From: Octopus vulgaris
Taxonomy: Eukaryota
Direction: 5' to 3'
DNA length: 64,000 bases
Assembly: GCA_951406725.2 (NCBI GenBank)
Contig: OX597823.1
Span: 25,420,001 to 25,484,000, forward strand
In this document: positions 27,790-40,339 of the stretch, in pieces
How positions within the stretch are numbered: position 1 is the stretch's first letter
How the letters are laid out: the number at the start of each line of letters is the position of its first letter
Notes under the pieces: generated by a model
What the model was told of the DNA's origin: nothing
What the model saw: the letters and a program-made list of their open reading frames with translations, nothing else
The model's database searches: none
Translations under genes and position numbers: made by a program

Positions 27790-28225
27790 GGTGCTACTTT
27801 GGTATACGATCTACGTATCATGAAACTGCTTTGGTATGCGACCTACACTTTATATCGTGATCTACAAGTAAAGTTATGCTGATTGAGAACAAAGAAATCA
27901 CCTGTATCGGTTTCGATAAAATGTCTGGTTAGAGAGTATGAAGCATAAGTGTCAAAATAAATGTATAGGATGTATAAAAATTTTAATTATCTGTCTTTTT
28001 TTTACTTTTCTAGCTGATGTTCGTTCGATTCTGCTATAAAATTAGTAAACTTATTTCAAATCTACATCTACTTCATTTAAATTTTTAAAAATAAATGTAT
28101 AAAAATGTGAGAATGTTTTATTTAAGCCATAATAAACAAATGAAACATGTAGATCGCATACTAAAGTAGAAATTGACTCTTGTAGAACACGTTGGTTACG
28201 TAGATCGCATAACAAAGTAGCACCC
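27790..28225. mobile_element. MITE with TIRs GGTGCTACTTTG.TATGCGATCTACGTA and subterminal repeats
   Basis: ggtgctactttggtatacgatctacgta versus tacgtagatcgcataacaaagtagcacc. Confidence 0.75.
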
Positions 28226-29711
28226 AAAATTTAATATTGTTTTCTTTTACTTTTTTGTTTTTACTTTTATTTTTCGCATCAATTCCTCCAAAGCAGGAGT
28301 TGAACTCATTACTATAAGTTGTGGAAAGAAACACTTGTCAAAACTAATAGTGCTGCTACTGATTCTAAACAGCATAAAGTTGCTCCTATTCTTCATAACT
28401 ATTCTCAACTTCCTGAAAAATAAACATACTCCTGACCTCTTCAAAATCACAATTATCAATCTACAAAGTCTCATTGTGTTTGAACAGTTTCACAAGTTCA
28501 CAAGTTCACAAGTATCCGGTCGGTTCATAAGTATCAGTTGCAAATATTAGACTTAATAAAGCCGCGGTCTATGGTGAAAATAGAGTTTTTATCAGTGTTA
28601 AGTGATTTCACAACACTGACCAACTGCTTCTGTGAATGAACGTTGAAAATTATTGTCTGATATGATATTTGGTGAGAATAAAATATATTGTCCAAGAAAC
28701 CCAACAGTGTTGATCTAAGCAATGATGGAGCTACATTCAGAACAGCAATCTCTAATGTGCATGCGCCTTTTTAAAGTCGGACGGAATCGGTGAAGCTTCG
28801 GCTCGGCAACGGAATATGGCGATCGATTCAGCCAACTGTTGTACGCTCTGTCCTCCATAGTTGTCACAGAATACTTCAAAGTGCAACGACCAACATGAGC
28901 GTAGTTGTTCCTTTGTAGCTGACAACGGGTTGGCCGTACAGCGGGTACGACCTCGACTACGAACACGAATGCGAGCTGAGAACCAAGCTCGGGCACCACC
29001 ACGAACACGAGCACGAGCACGGCCATAAGCATGGCCACGAATACGTCTCGAAGACGGACATGAAGACGACCACTAAGACGGCCACGATCACAACGCCGAA
29101 CGCCCGGTAGCTGGCGACAAACGTATAACACACAAACACTCATACCTGCGCTGGAATTGTCGACCGACATGCAGCTCGCCGGCAAGCGGACGGAATCGCT
29201 GGAGCTTCCGCTAGGCGGGGGAATACGGCTATCGTTGTGGTTTCAGAGAATTTTGGAGTAATTTGTAGAAGGTCATGTGATCATAGATTATTGCAACTGA
29301 AACAATTTTCACCATAGGTCTGCTGAATCAGGATTGACTTGGAGCTTAATAACGGCAGCAACAACTCAGTGCTGGTGATAGAGCGTGAATAACTCACTTC
29401 TTCACTGGCTATTGTTCTTATTTAATCCCAGTTCAGCTCAGCTTCGACAGATCAATGACCGAAAATCTTTCAACCATTTCCAACACACCTTTTTTCCAGA
29501 CAGTGAGTCAAGAACTACATTATCCAAAACAGCCTTTCTTGACGTTGTAATTGTTTTTGCTGTTGTTTAACCCCGGTTAATTCTTTGACGCAGTAGATCA
29601 AAACTGGTCTAACTGTAGCCATCACAGCGTTTATTAAGACATGGCTTTTCTGTCTGAATAAAAGATGTAAGGATATCCAATATATATTTACATCTTTTTT
29701 TCTCAAGATAA

Positions 29712-30963
29712 TATGAGGGTCAGCTGAAAAGTTCATAGGCTGACCAAGATGCTCCCATAGAATGTGACCAAATGAGATTTTTTCTATCAGTGTTGCAGTG
29801 CTTGGATGCCATTGGGGAAAAACCTTTCATCTGTTAGTCAAAAAAGTGAGCAGCAACAGGTATGACGTCATCATTACTGCAGTATTGGTTTCCAACCGGT
29901 TTATTTTTTTCATATTAGGGAACAGATGATAAGTCAGATAAGGCCAAATCAGAAGAATAAGGAAGCCAATCAACCAGGTCAAAGCCACAGTCGCGTACAG
30001 CATCCATTGAAACCATGTACTTGTGTGCTAGAGTATTGACTTGGGGAAGCCAGACCTCTTTCTTCAGTTTTTCTGGCTATTAGGTCTTGATAGCTTTTCG
30101 TAACTGCTTCAGCAAGTTGGCATAGTACTTTTCTTTGATGGTGTGGCTCTTTAGAAGACAGTTAATAAACACAATGTCTTTTGCATCCTCAAAATCTGAT
30201 GCCATCATCTTCCCTGCAGATGAAACACCCTTGGCCTTCTTTGGAGCAGGTGAGGATTGATGTTTTCACTGCACAGATTATGTCTCTGTCTCTGGTTCAA
30301 AGTAATAAAGCCAACACTCATCCTGGGTTAGGAAACGTTTAAGAAAACCAGCTGGATCTGGCTCAAACAATGTCAAATTTTCCCGTGATGTGATCAGCCT
30401 GGTGCACTTTTGATCATGTGTCAGAAGACACTTCGTCCTATCAAGTCATACCAAGTTTTGCAGAATATTCTCAACTCTCTCACAGCATATGTTAATAGCA
30501 TTGATTATTTGATTCATAGTCAATTACCTGTCATCCATCACCGTGTGGGGAGCACGATCAATGTTTTCCTCAGTGGAGGCAATTGCTAGACATCCAGACC
30601 TTGGTTCATCTTCAAGAATGTCTCTTCTCCTCTTAAATTCGGCTGCTCACTTTTACACTGTTGATACAGCTGGAGTATCATCCCCTAATATAGCAACTAT
30701 GTCAGCATGGATGCTGTTAGGGACAAAATCCTTTTTCTGCAGGTATTTGATAACACCACAATGCCAAATTGTGTCCATTTTCAAAAGAGGTTGCAACTAG
30801 TTACTTTTGAAGCAGTCAAATGTCTTGTGCTGTGAGGTGCCAGTTTATCTGGGGGAAAATAATGCAGTTATTAAGAAGAATTTAAATCAATGCATGCAAG
30901 ATTTCACAACGCTAGCATCACGCCTTTATAATCAGCCAATGAACTCTTTTTGCCCACCTCGTA
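29712..30963 (-). mobile_element. Full-length but inactive mariner (Tc1/mariner) element
   Basis: Imperfect TIRs tatgagggtcagctgaaaagttcataggctga and tcagccaatgaactctttttgcccacctcgta, with flanking TA. The minus-strand transposase has ILGDDTPAVSTV..EFKRRRDILEDEPRSG and is interrupted by stops. About 1.25 kb. Confidence 0.85.
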
Positions 30964-31130
30964 GAGTATGACGTCAGGCAATTTTGATTTTCAGTTCGAA
31001 TCGCACGTGTCTCGAGATGGGCTAGAGAGTTTCTATTTTGGATATATTTGGGGTACTTAATTGTGCTCATGACTGTGTTCACTTCTTCCATGGGTATAAG
31101 TAAGTATTTCACTTATTTCTTTGCCGCATT

Positions 31131-31188
31131 TATCACTGATGAAGGGAAGGTTCTTATGAAATAACTCTGAAATCGGTCCGATATAGTA
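31131..31188 (+). ncRNA. Degenerate hammerhead ribozyme motif (Penelope terminal-repeat type)
   Basis: CTGATGA-aggg...ctct-GAAA-TCGG-T-CCGA-TA; stem I is only partly paired. Confidence 0.5.
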
Positions 31189-31494
31189 ATAACGGGATTT
31201 TTTAGAAATTTCTGTCGTCTTTCTTCGAGACGCGTGCTTGTAGTGATAAATTACATGGTTATTGACGTTGTGTCAATTTTCGGCATATTTTGGCATTAGA
31301 AATTTATTCTTTTGCCCTTACTTATAAATTGATGCTTCATACTCTCAAGATAGGGGTTAGTTCCAGTACTTGATTAATATCTAATATTATCGCCCCTGAA
31401 AAAATGTAGGCAAAGCCGAACTTGGAAGAATTTGTACTCAGAAGGTAAAAAAAGCCAGGAGAAATGTTGCTAACCATTTTTTTTTATATATCCT

Positions 31495-31722
31495 ATTTCT
31501 TTACTACCCACAAGGGGCTAAACACAGAGGGGACAAACAAGGACAGACAAACGGATTAAGTCGATTATATCGACCACACTGCGTAACTGGTACTTATTTA
31601 ATCGACCCTGAAAGGATGAAAGGCAAAGTCGACCCCGGCGGAATTTGAACTCAGAACGTAGCGACAGACGAAATACTGCTGAGCATTTCGCCCGGCGTGC
31701 TAATGTTTCTGCCAGCTCGCTG
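31495..31722 (-). mobile_element. tRNA-derived SINE, second family
   Basis: Reverse complement of the 63829-64000 family. Confidence 0.85.
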
Positions 31723-31819
31723 CTATAAATAACAACAACAACATCAATAATAATAATAATAATAATAGAAGCACAAGATCTGGAATTTAGAAACAGCCTA
31801 TAGTTAATCGTGTTTAATG

Positions 31820-34800
31820 TTGTCAGTATAAATTGAATTTTATTTAAGAGCAAGTCAATACTTGTGACTTTAGTTTTGATCACGTGATTTTGATTGTCTC
31901 GATTGCTGTTATATGCCTGCAGTGCGACTGCGCGGAGTTCTGTTCTGTTTGCAGCACGACGTGTTCTGCGTTGATTTTAGTCTAGAATGTAGCAACTCGC
32001 TGCATAAAAATGTTATTGCGTTGAAGTTTGGTTTTGCTTACAATTTAGCAATCTTTGTTTGTATTGTATATTATTATTCGAGTTTTTATTGTATTTCGAT
32101 ATTCGAGTTTGGGTTTATAGCAATTTAAGCGACTATATATAGCTAGAGAGAGAGAGCGAGAGAAAATGGACAGCAAATTTATAAAACCAAATTTGTTCAC
32201 CGCTAATCCAAGTTCGAGTCAAGCTTCGAAAGAATGGAAATATTGGTTCACAACTTAAAAAACATTTTTAGTATCATGCCCTGCTGAACCGCCTATCACG
32301 GATGAAAGCAAACTTAAGTGTTTAATAGCGCACATAGATAAAGACACTTACGAACTCATATGTGAATGTGAGAATTACTCAGAAGCAATTGAAACTCTGG
32401 AGAGAATGTACGTGAAACCATTGAACATTATTTTTGCGAGATACCTTTTAATGACATGCAAACAAGAACCAGGTCAATCAGTTGACGACTATTTACAGAA
32501 ATTGAAACGACTAGCTAAAGATTGCGGGTACAGAGCTGTAGACGCTGAGACTCACAAAAATGAAGCTGTTCGTGACGCATTTATCTCGGGATTAACGTCA
32601 TCTTTAACTCGCCTTAGACTTTTAGAAAATATTCAAGATGCGGCGATAACTTTAGAAGCGATATTTAACCAAGCCCGTCCGCTGGAAGTTGCTCAAAGGA
32701 ATTCCGAAGTGTATAATAGCAGTCAGTCTGCTATAAACAGCCAGGGAAGCTGTTTGTCAACGTTTATTCCACGTGAAGAAGACAAAATCTCAATTCCTGA
32801 CGGAAACACACCTTGTACAGCGACAAAACGAACTCAAAAATCCTGTACCTTTTGCGGATCTAATGAATTTCATCCGAGGTTTAAATGTCCTGCTAGGCGG
32901 AGCAAGTGTTACAAATGTAGATTTTTTGTCATTTTGCTAAAGAATGCCGGTCAAGTAACCGTAAAAATTTCGATAAGACATCAGCAGCTCTTGATGATGG
33001 CAACTTCGCCGCGGCTTTATGTCAAGTTGGATTACTACTAAAGTTAATTATACAATAACAGTCGATGGCGTGAAAGCATTTGCTTTGATTGATAACGGCT
33101 CTACTATGAATCATATTAGCAAAGACTTTGCAAAGAAAAACAAATTGGTGGTGAAGTCTGAAAGGAATGAAATTAACATGGCTGTCAATGGAAATCGTTC
33201 CCAAAGCACGGTTATTGTATGAGTTCATTTGAACTTCACGGAAGAATTTACGAGCAAGTAAATCTAGTGGTACTTAGTAATTTGTTTGTAGATATAATTT
33301 TAAGACAACATTTCTTAAAACAGCATCAACATGTACAAATATCATAGACGGCGATATGCCCCCGTTACATTTGGGAGCTTTAAAGAGCATTAAAAGTAAC
33401 ATTACACGTAGGTTGTTTGAAAATTTAAACACTGACTGTAAACCCATAGTTACGAAATCGAGAAGACAGTCCGCCAATAATGAAAAAATTATTGCTGATA
33501 CTTTAAGCCGAGATCTGGTAGAAGAGGTAATTGAACCGAGTGTTTCTCCTTGGCGAACCCAGGTATTGGTAATATCGAGAGAAAATCATCGCAAGAGACT
33601 GTGTATTGATTATAGTGAGACTATAAATAAGTTTACGCAATTAGATGGATATCCACTGCCAAATATGCATGACATGGTCACAAAAATAGCTCAGGTAAAT
33701 TATTTTAGCACACTAGATCTCAAAAGTGCATATCATCAAGGTGAGATTCCAGTTGAAGATTGACATTATACGGCTTTCAAAGCGCAGGGAAAATTATATC
33801 AACGCAAACGTATTGCTTTCGGACTTACAAATGTAGAGTGATCGATAATATAATCGAAAGCCATAATTGTAGAGCTACTTTTGCATATATCGACAACATA
33901 ACTGTGTGTGGTAAATCGAAGGAAGAACATGATCGAAAGTTAAAACATTTTCTTCAAGTTGCTAAGGACTGTAATTTAACTTTTAATGATACCAAATGCA
34001 TTTACAGCACTACACGGATTCGATTGCTTGGCTATGAAATTCAAAATGGTAACTTGAAACCTAACCCTGACCGGGTAAAACCCTTACTAGAACTACCTAT
34101 TCCTAGTACCCACAAAGCATTGAGTCGAATTGTTGGTCTATTTGCGTATTATTCTAAATGGATTCCCAAATTCTCTGACATGATAAAAACTGTTGGTTGA
34201 TACTAAATATTTTCCTTTGAGTGAACTAGCCTAGTCAAGTTTAAAAACTTTACGAGATGATTTAGCAAACGCTACTTTAAAAGTGATTGATGAAAGCCTT
34301 CCTTTCTCAATAGAAACAGATGCATCGGAGGTAGCTATATCTGGCATTTTACACCCAAACGGAAAGCCAGATGCATGTTTTTCAAGAACCCTCAACCCAA
34401 ATGAGTGTCGTTATTCTTGTATTGAAAAAGAGGCGACAGCGATTGTAGAATCTGTGAGAAAACGGTCTCATTTTCTTCTTGGACGTAACTTCACACTAAT
34501 AACTGATCAAAACAGTGTGGCTTTATGTTTAACTAGCAGTATCGCCCTGCGTTGCTCGGGTTTGTAAGGGAAATAACTAAAAAGCATTTTTAGAGAGTTA
34601 TAGCCAAAAAATAGGAAAAAAATGCATTAAAAATGGAAAAAAAATTATAGTAAATTTTTTAAAATCGTTGACTCATCGTAGACATTTTTAGAGAGTTACT
34701 TCCCTTATATAATAGCAAAAAAATGCATTAAAATGGAAAAAAATGATGGTAAATTATTTTTAAAATCGTAGACTCATCGTAGACGCGCGCTAATACCCAG

Positions 34801-36320
34801 AAGGGCTCGATATGAATCACGACTATAAGATACCCGGTTTTGGTTAAACTGCACCGCAAAATGTGGGAGTAGTTAGGAATCTAAATCGTAGGAGACAGAC
34901 ACACAACTTCACTTTTATATATAAAGATTTGTGCAACAACTAAAACATTCGTTCGTGAAAGTGTGACTGCGCATGCGTGAAAGTTTGACTGCGCATGCGC
35001 GAAAGTGTGACTGCGATTGTTCGAAATTTTGCTTGCGCATGCGCGAACGTGACTGCGCATGCGCGAAAGTGTGACTGCGCATGCGCGAAAGTATGACTGC
35101 GCATGCGCGACACGTTCGCGCATGCGCAGTCACACTTTACGAGAGGGTGGAAGGGGGAGAAACAACACAGGTGCAGGTGTGAGCATGGACGCCAACTCCG
35201 CCGCCATCGACACACGAAAAATTATGCATTAAAATGGAATAAAAAATGATGTTAAATTATTTTTAAAATCGTAGACTCATCGTAGACGCGCGCTAATACC
35301 CAGACGGGCTCGATATGAATCACGACTATAAGATACCCGAATTTGGTTAAACTGCACCGCAAAATGTGGGAGTAGTTAGAAATCTAAATCGTAGGAGACA
35401 GACACTCACACAACTTCACTTTTATATATATAGACTAGCAGTATCGCCCGGCGTTGCTCGGGTTTGTAAGGGAAATAACTATATAAGCATTTTTAGAGAG
35501 TTACTTCCCTTATAGATGCCAATTCGGGCTTTCTTAGCCATTTCTGTTTTGGTGTCTTCAAGTCATGAAGTCGTTGTTCTAAAAGAACGCTGGTCTCCTT
35601 GACAACGCTTTACGACGTTGATTTCCATACACTCCCTTCCCCACAGCTTCACGAGGGAGGGAAGAAGGGGGAGAAGCAAACACAGGGCAGGTGTTTGAGC
35701 GTGGACGCCAACTCCGCCGCCATCGACACACGAAAAATTATGCATTAAAATGGAATAAAAAATGATGTTAAATTATTTTTAAAATCGTAGACTCATCGTA
35801 GACGCGCGCTAATAGCCAGACGGGCTCGATATTAATCACGACTATAAGATACCCGAATTTGGTTAAACTGCACCGCAAAATGTGGGAGGAGTTAGGAATC
35901 TAAATCGAAGGGGACAGACACTCACACAACTACAGTTTTATATATATAGATTGTCAAAAGCGCAGTAAACCTAAAAACGAAAAAATTATGCGTTGGCGAA
36001 TCGAATTAGCTCAGTATAAAGTTGATATCATTTACCGCCAAGGCAAGTTTAATGTTGCATCTGATACTTTATCGCGTACTTATTGCACAGCTACGACTGA
36101 TAATGAACTGTATTGTATTCATGCAGCGCTGTGTCATCCTGGAATCATACGATTGTTTCATTATATTAAAATTAAGAATCTATCTTACTCTGTAGATGAT
36201 GTAAAGCGTATAACTAAAAATTGTGTAATATGTTGTGAGGTGAAGCCTCGCTTTATAAAACCTCTGTTTCGTCAGTAATTAAATCTACTCAAGCTTTTGA
36301 AAGATTGAGTGTTGATTTTA
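31820..36320 (+). mobile_element. Degenerate Ty3/Gypsy (Mag-like) LTR retrotransposon, 3'-truncated and interrupted by Helitrons
   Basis: Gag from ATG 32166 (KQEPGQSVDDYLQKLKRLAKDC; CTFCG..H..CPARRSKCYKC); protease ALIDNGST; RT RLCIDY..LDLKSAYHQ..AYIDNITVCG; RNase H IETDASEVA..EKEATAIV..ITDQ; integrase IHAALCHPG..CVIC. The LTR boundary is uncertain. Confidence 0.9.
34533..35950 (-). mobile_element. Tandem/chimeric array of non-autonomous Helitrons
   Basis: On the minus strand the 5' ends TCTATATATATAAAA lie at 35950, 35434 and 34927 (variant). The 3' ends, a CCCGAGCAACGCCGGG hairpin followed by CTAG, lie at 35435 and 34533. Inserted between A and T with no TSD; removal restores ATG TTT AAT TGT CAA in the Gypsy RNase H frame. 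Confidence 0.85.
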
Positions 36321-36499
36321 AAGAGAGAGAGAAAACAGATTTTTAAAATTTCGTCCTTTTAATGAGTGGCTGAGAGGCAAAAACAGACATATAGGGGTTG
36401 TTATGTATGTATGTGTGAATGGCTTCTGTCACACACACACACACACACACACGAACATGTATGCGTACAAAACACATGTATGCAATGTGTGTGAGTGTG

Positions 36500-36746
36500 T
36501 GTGTGTTGCCCGAGACACGCTCCTTCGCAAACGATCAGCTATTATTTTGTAAACAATATTTCGAAACTTGCATCTTGTAAACAATGTTTCGAAAATAGGT
36601 GTATGTACGTATATGTTTGTGTGTGTGTGTGTGTATGTTGCCCGATACACGCTCCTCCACTAACGATCAGCTATTATTTTGTAAACAATGTTTCGAAACT
36701 TGCATTTTGTAAACAATGTTTCGAAAATAGGTGTGTGTACGTATAT

Positions 36747-36815
<69 letters not shown>

Positions 36816-36945
36816 TGTGTGTCTGTGTGTGTGTGTATGTGTGTGTTGCCCGAAACAAGCTTCTTCGCAAACGATCAGCTATTATTTTGTAAACAATGTT
36901 TCGAAAATAGGTGTATGTACGTATATGTTTGTGTGTGTTGCCCAT
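36500..36945. repeat. Three tandem units of about 100-130 bp separated by (TG)n
   Basis: Repeated gttgcccga..acgatcagctattattttgtaaacaat.tttcgaaa...aataggtgtatgtacgtatatg. Confidence 0.9.
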
Positions 36946-37609
36946 ATATACTTAGTTGTGATCTGAACATAACCGCTTCTCACACAGAGGGTCGGGGGCC
37001 CTTTTGGGCGTTCAATTTTCTTTACTCGAAGGGTTCCCAACCCATGGGCAAATGGGGGTTACATGATGTATGGCCTAACTACATCATCCTATAAATACTA
37101 TCTCCTCTTGCTCAGTCCAAGCAAAAAAAAATATGCACAGACATCTCAGAAGTAATTAGACTACACACATTATAACATTTTAACAGTGTGGATATTACTC
37201 ATAAGTACAATCCCCCAAATCGTTAAATAATAAAAAAAAAACTGCATAAATCATGTCTACCAAATATTTGATTAATTATTTAAAAGCATCAAATGACATT
37301 AGTTTGTTTTGAGAAATAAATCTTTCAAATATGATAGTGTCTATTTACTTTAGAAATGTCTATGTATATACAAAACTTTGAGAAAGTAACACATAAATAG
37401 ATTTACAATCTACTAACTAAAAATATTGAACACCTCACAGCAGAATTTAAACAACACTATTTACTATAAGCCTTGAAAACCTACAGTTTATTTTAACTTA
37501 AACTCTTTATATCAAAAAGGATTTGAACCTTTTCTTTCAAGATCTGTGTATGTAAAGATGTTTGCGTACATACAGTGAGAAACAGCAACTATCATACTCT
37601 GATCAAGCC

Positions 37610-38000
37610 TGTAGTGCCCCCCTCAACAGCAGTAATACCCAGAATCTTCCACCTCCATGTCACCTTTTGTCTGGGTGGAATTTTGTCTTGTCTATGGCTT
37701 GCAACATGTTGTTCTATAAGAACTTCCAGTTTTCCTCTATGTTATGTCTCCATCACATCCTCATTTTTTGTGAAATTTTCCAACTTGAGTTTCTCTGAAT
37801 TTTTGCTTATTCAACAGTTCTTCAGGTTTCAATATCTTTCGTCTCCAACTTGTCTTGTGTCTCTGAGTTGACACAGCTCTTACTCTGAAGTCACTAGTTA
37901 CTAAGCCATCTCCAGAGAAAGATTTAGCATTTACAACTATCAGCCTCTTCCATTTCCCCATGAGTATGAAATCCTGTGTGTTCACTTGTTTGTAGAAAAT
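37610..38000 (-). mobile_element. Decayed LINE fragment (endonuclease-RT linker, RTE-like)
   Basis: DFIL..K..RLIVVNAKSFSGD...LVTSDFR resembles the C-terminal end of an APE endonuclease. Confidence 0.45.
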
Positions 38001-38744
38001 CAAATGATTTTAGTTGGTTTCTAGAAGTAAGTTGCAAATTATCAAGTGATTAAAGCTGGGCAGATGGATTTATTATACACAAATGGGGAATGTCATCCTT
38101 CTCCAAGGTAACCAGCAATTTTCTCTTTTTATATTTTGTGCATGCGAGTGTGATAATGTTTATGTACAACATTTTTCTTTCCACATTTAACTTTTAAATA
38201 TATGATATTAAAAAAATTTAATGTGAAAAGGCTTCCAATTCAGCCAGTGTAATTCATGTTTTAAATTGAATGAATGAATTGAACAAAGTAGTTATAATAA
38301 TGATTTTCACTATTGATACAAGTGAAACAATAACAGACCTCCATTACCAGGCATGACTATATGGTAAAAAAGATTGCTTCATTCTCAAGTAGTTTCAGGT
38401 TCAATTCCACTGCACAGAACTTTTGATAAATTTTAACCTCAAATGCTTTGTGAGAGTAATTTGGTCAATTAGACATCTCATCAAGCTCACCATGCGTGTA
38501 TACATGTATCTTGTGTATTTGTGTTCAAGTGAGTGTTTGTCACAGCACCAGTTATCAGAACCAGAGTTGTATAAAGAAAAGTGTAACTTAGTGAATGATT
38601 CAACAAATTTATATCAATGGTACACCTCAGACTAAAATAAATACCTATGTCCATGATATCGACTAAAATCCTTCAAATTTGTACCTCAGCCTTGTCACAA
38701 TCTAATTACTGAAGTCAGTAAAAGAATAAAATAATATCTTGTAA

Positions 38745-39900
38745 CTATACCAACCTCACGTGCGGTGACCCACACCTGCTCACCATCCAGGTAGAGCCAG
38801 AGGTGCTTAAGCCTTAGCGCGAACATGCGCATCCTCAACTACGACATCTCTAGGCCACCCTTTAAAGGTTTTAGTAGCAGACAGAACGCCTTACAAGTGC
38901 TCCTCTTCTCTTCCACAAAAAGTGGAATAGGAGTCGTTCCTGTCTCTTCAGTCACAAATCGGGACAAGGCACAAGAGTCAGGCGGTAGGTGATAACAGAA
39001 GCTATAAGTATCTGCGCCACCTCCACCTTTCCTAGCAGAGATAACGCCCTTCTAGACCAAGTCCAGATCGGTACAGTTACCCTGCCTGTAACCTCGCTCC
39101 AATTCTTCTCTATCTGTAGTTCTGGACCGAACCACAACCCTTAATCGGACCTTCCGTCTAACATCCCACGACGTAATTGGGCAGCATCGACTTTCCCCTG
39201 CAGGTGCTGAGTTTCAGTTCGACTGACTTGACCTGCTTAATTACTGCTTCTGCCACCGTTTCGTATCTTTTGATAGCATTTTCTACACTAGGTAGCTGCC
39301 CTTCATCGTACACGATGATGGTGTGTCATCCGCGTACGCGGTAGCTGCTCTTCCGCCCCATAGATCATGCGAAACGCACCCTACCGCCTCCATCCTTTGC
39401 AGTAATTGCTCAAGGACCAGCATATGCAAAAGTGGAATCAGGGGACATACCTCGCTGGCGAACTGGGCGCTCAGTATTGAACGATAGACTCGACGTTACT
39501 GTACAAAGCAGCGATTCAGCCACGGAAAGTCAGGCCTAGCCCGGCAGCCCCGAGAACCGCTGCCAGGTACCGATGGTCGATCCTATCAAATGCTTTAGAC
39601 TGGTCTAAATGTACCAGTGCCCCACCTTTGCCAGAGATTTTACCCACCCTCTCTAAGGAGTAGTGTATGAGGTGAAGATTGTCAGGTATCGACCTGCCTG
39701 GGTTAGCGCAAGTCTGAGCTTCCCCAACAAGGCCTTCCACGATCCGCGCCAACGTCTTTGCTAGCACCGTGGCCAAAATCTTTAAGTTTGAGTTTAGCAG
39801 AGTTATGGGCCTAAATTTACTTACGATATTCCCCTTTCTAAAGTTACTTACAATATTCCCCCTTTCTGATCAGCGTCTCCACCACTCGACTTGCAGCTTT
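38745..39900 (-). mobile_element. L1/Tx1-clade LINE reverse transcriptase fragment
   Basis: RPITLLNSNLKILA..QTCANPGRSIPDNL..LDQSKAFDRIDHRYL, AYADD, WTWSRRALSLLGKVEV. Confidence 0.85.
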
Positions 39901-40339
39901 GAGAATTCTCCCATTCTGTGCTAGTTGGCATAGATGCTAACAGACCATAATTCACAATTATAGTAAATATTAGAATCTTCCCCGCGTAGGGGGAAAGAAC
40001 ACAAGTTCGAAAACAACATCTGCCAAGCAGGCAACAGTTTAACAAGGCAAACAATTCAAACAACAACACTTCAACAATACCTTTGAAAAGGAAAACTAAC
40101 AAAACATGACTTCTCGTTCAAATGAACTTGCCGCTCGTACGACACTATTCGCGTACCTTCGCTGTCTGACATTACCTATTGAGCCTGCCCACAATTTTTT
40201 AGTAGTGGACCAGCCCACTTCTCACCTGGAGGCGTCCGTCACAATTTGAATTTGTATGGCACAGATAAAACATAAGCGAGTTCCTCGGTGAGCACGGTCT
40301 ACTGTTTTAGTACTTTAGTACTGATACTAGAATGGAATT

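Noticed and set aside
27902-28030. Apparent first-TM exon of gene B (RQII..YASYSL) with AG/GT boundaries
   Set aside because: It has stops in all frames, needs frameshifts, and lies inside a MITE (27790-28225), so it is probably a chance resemblance.
28314-28413. Candidate gene B exon ending in CFFPQLI
   Set aside because: It has a good acceptor, but similarity is limited to FFP and the spacing is wrong. The gene B 5' exons remain unlocated.
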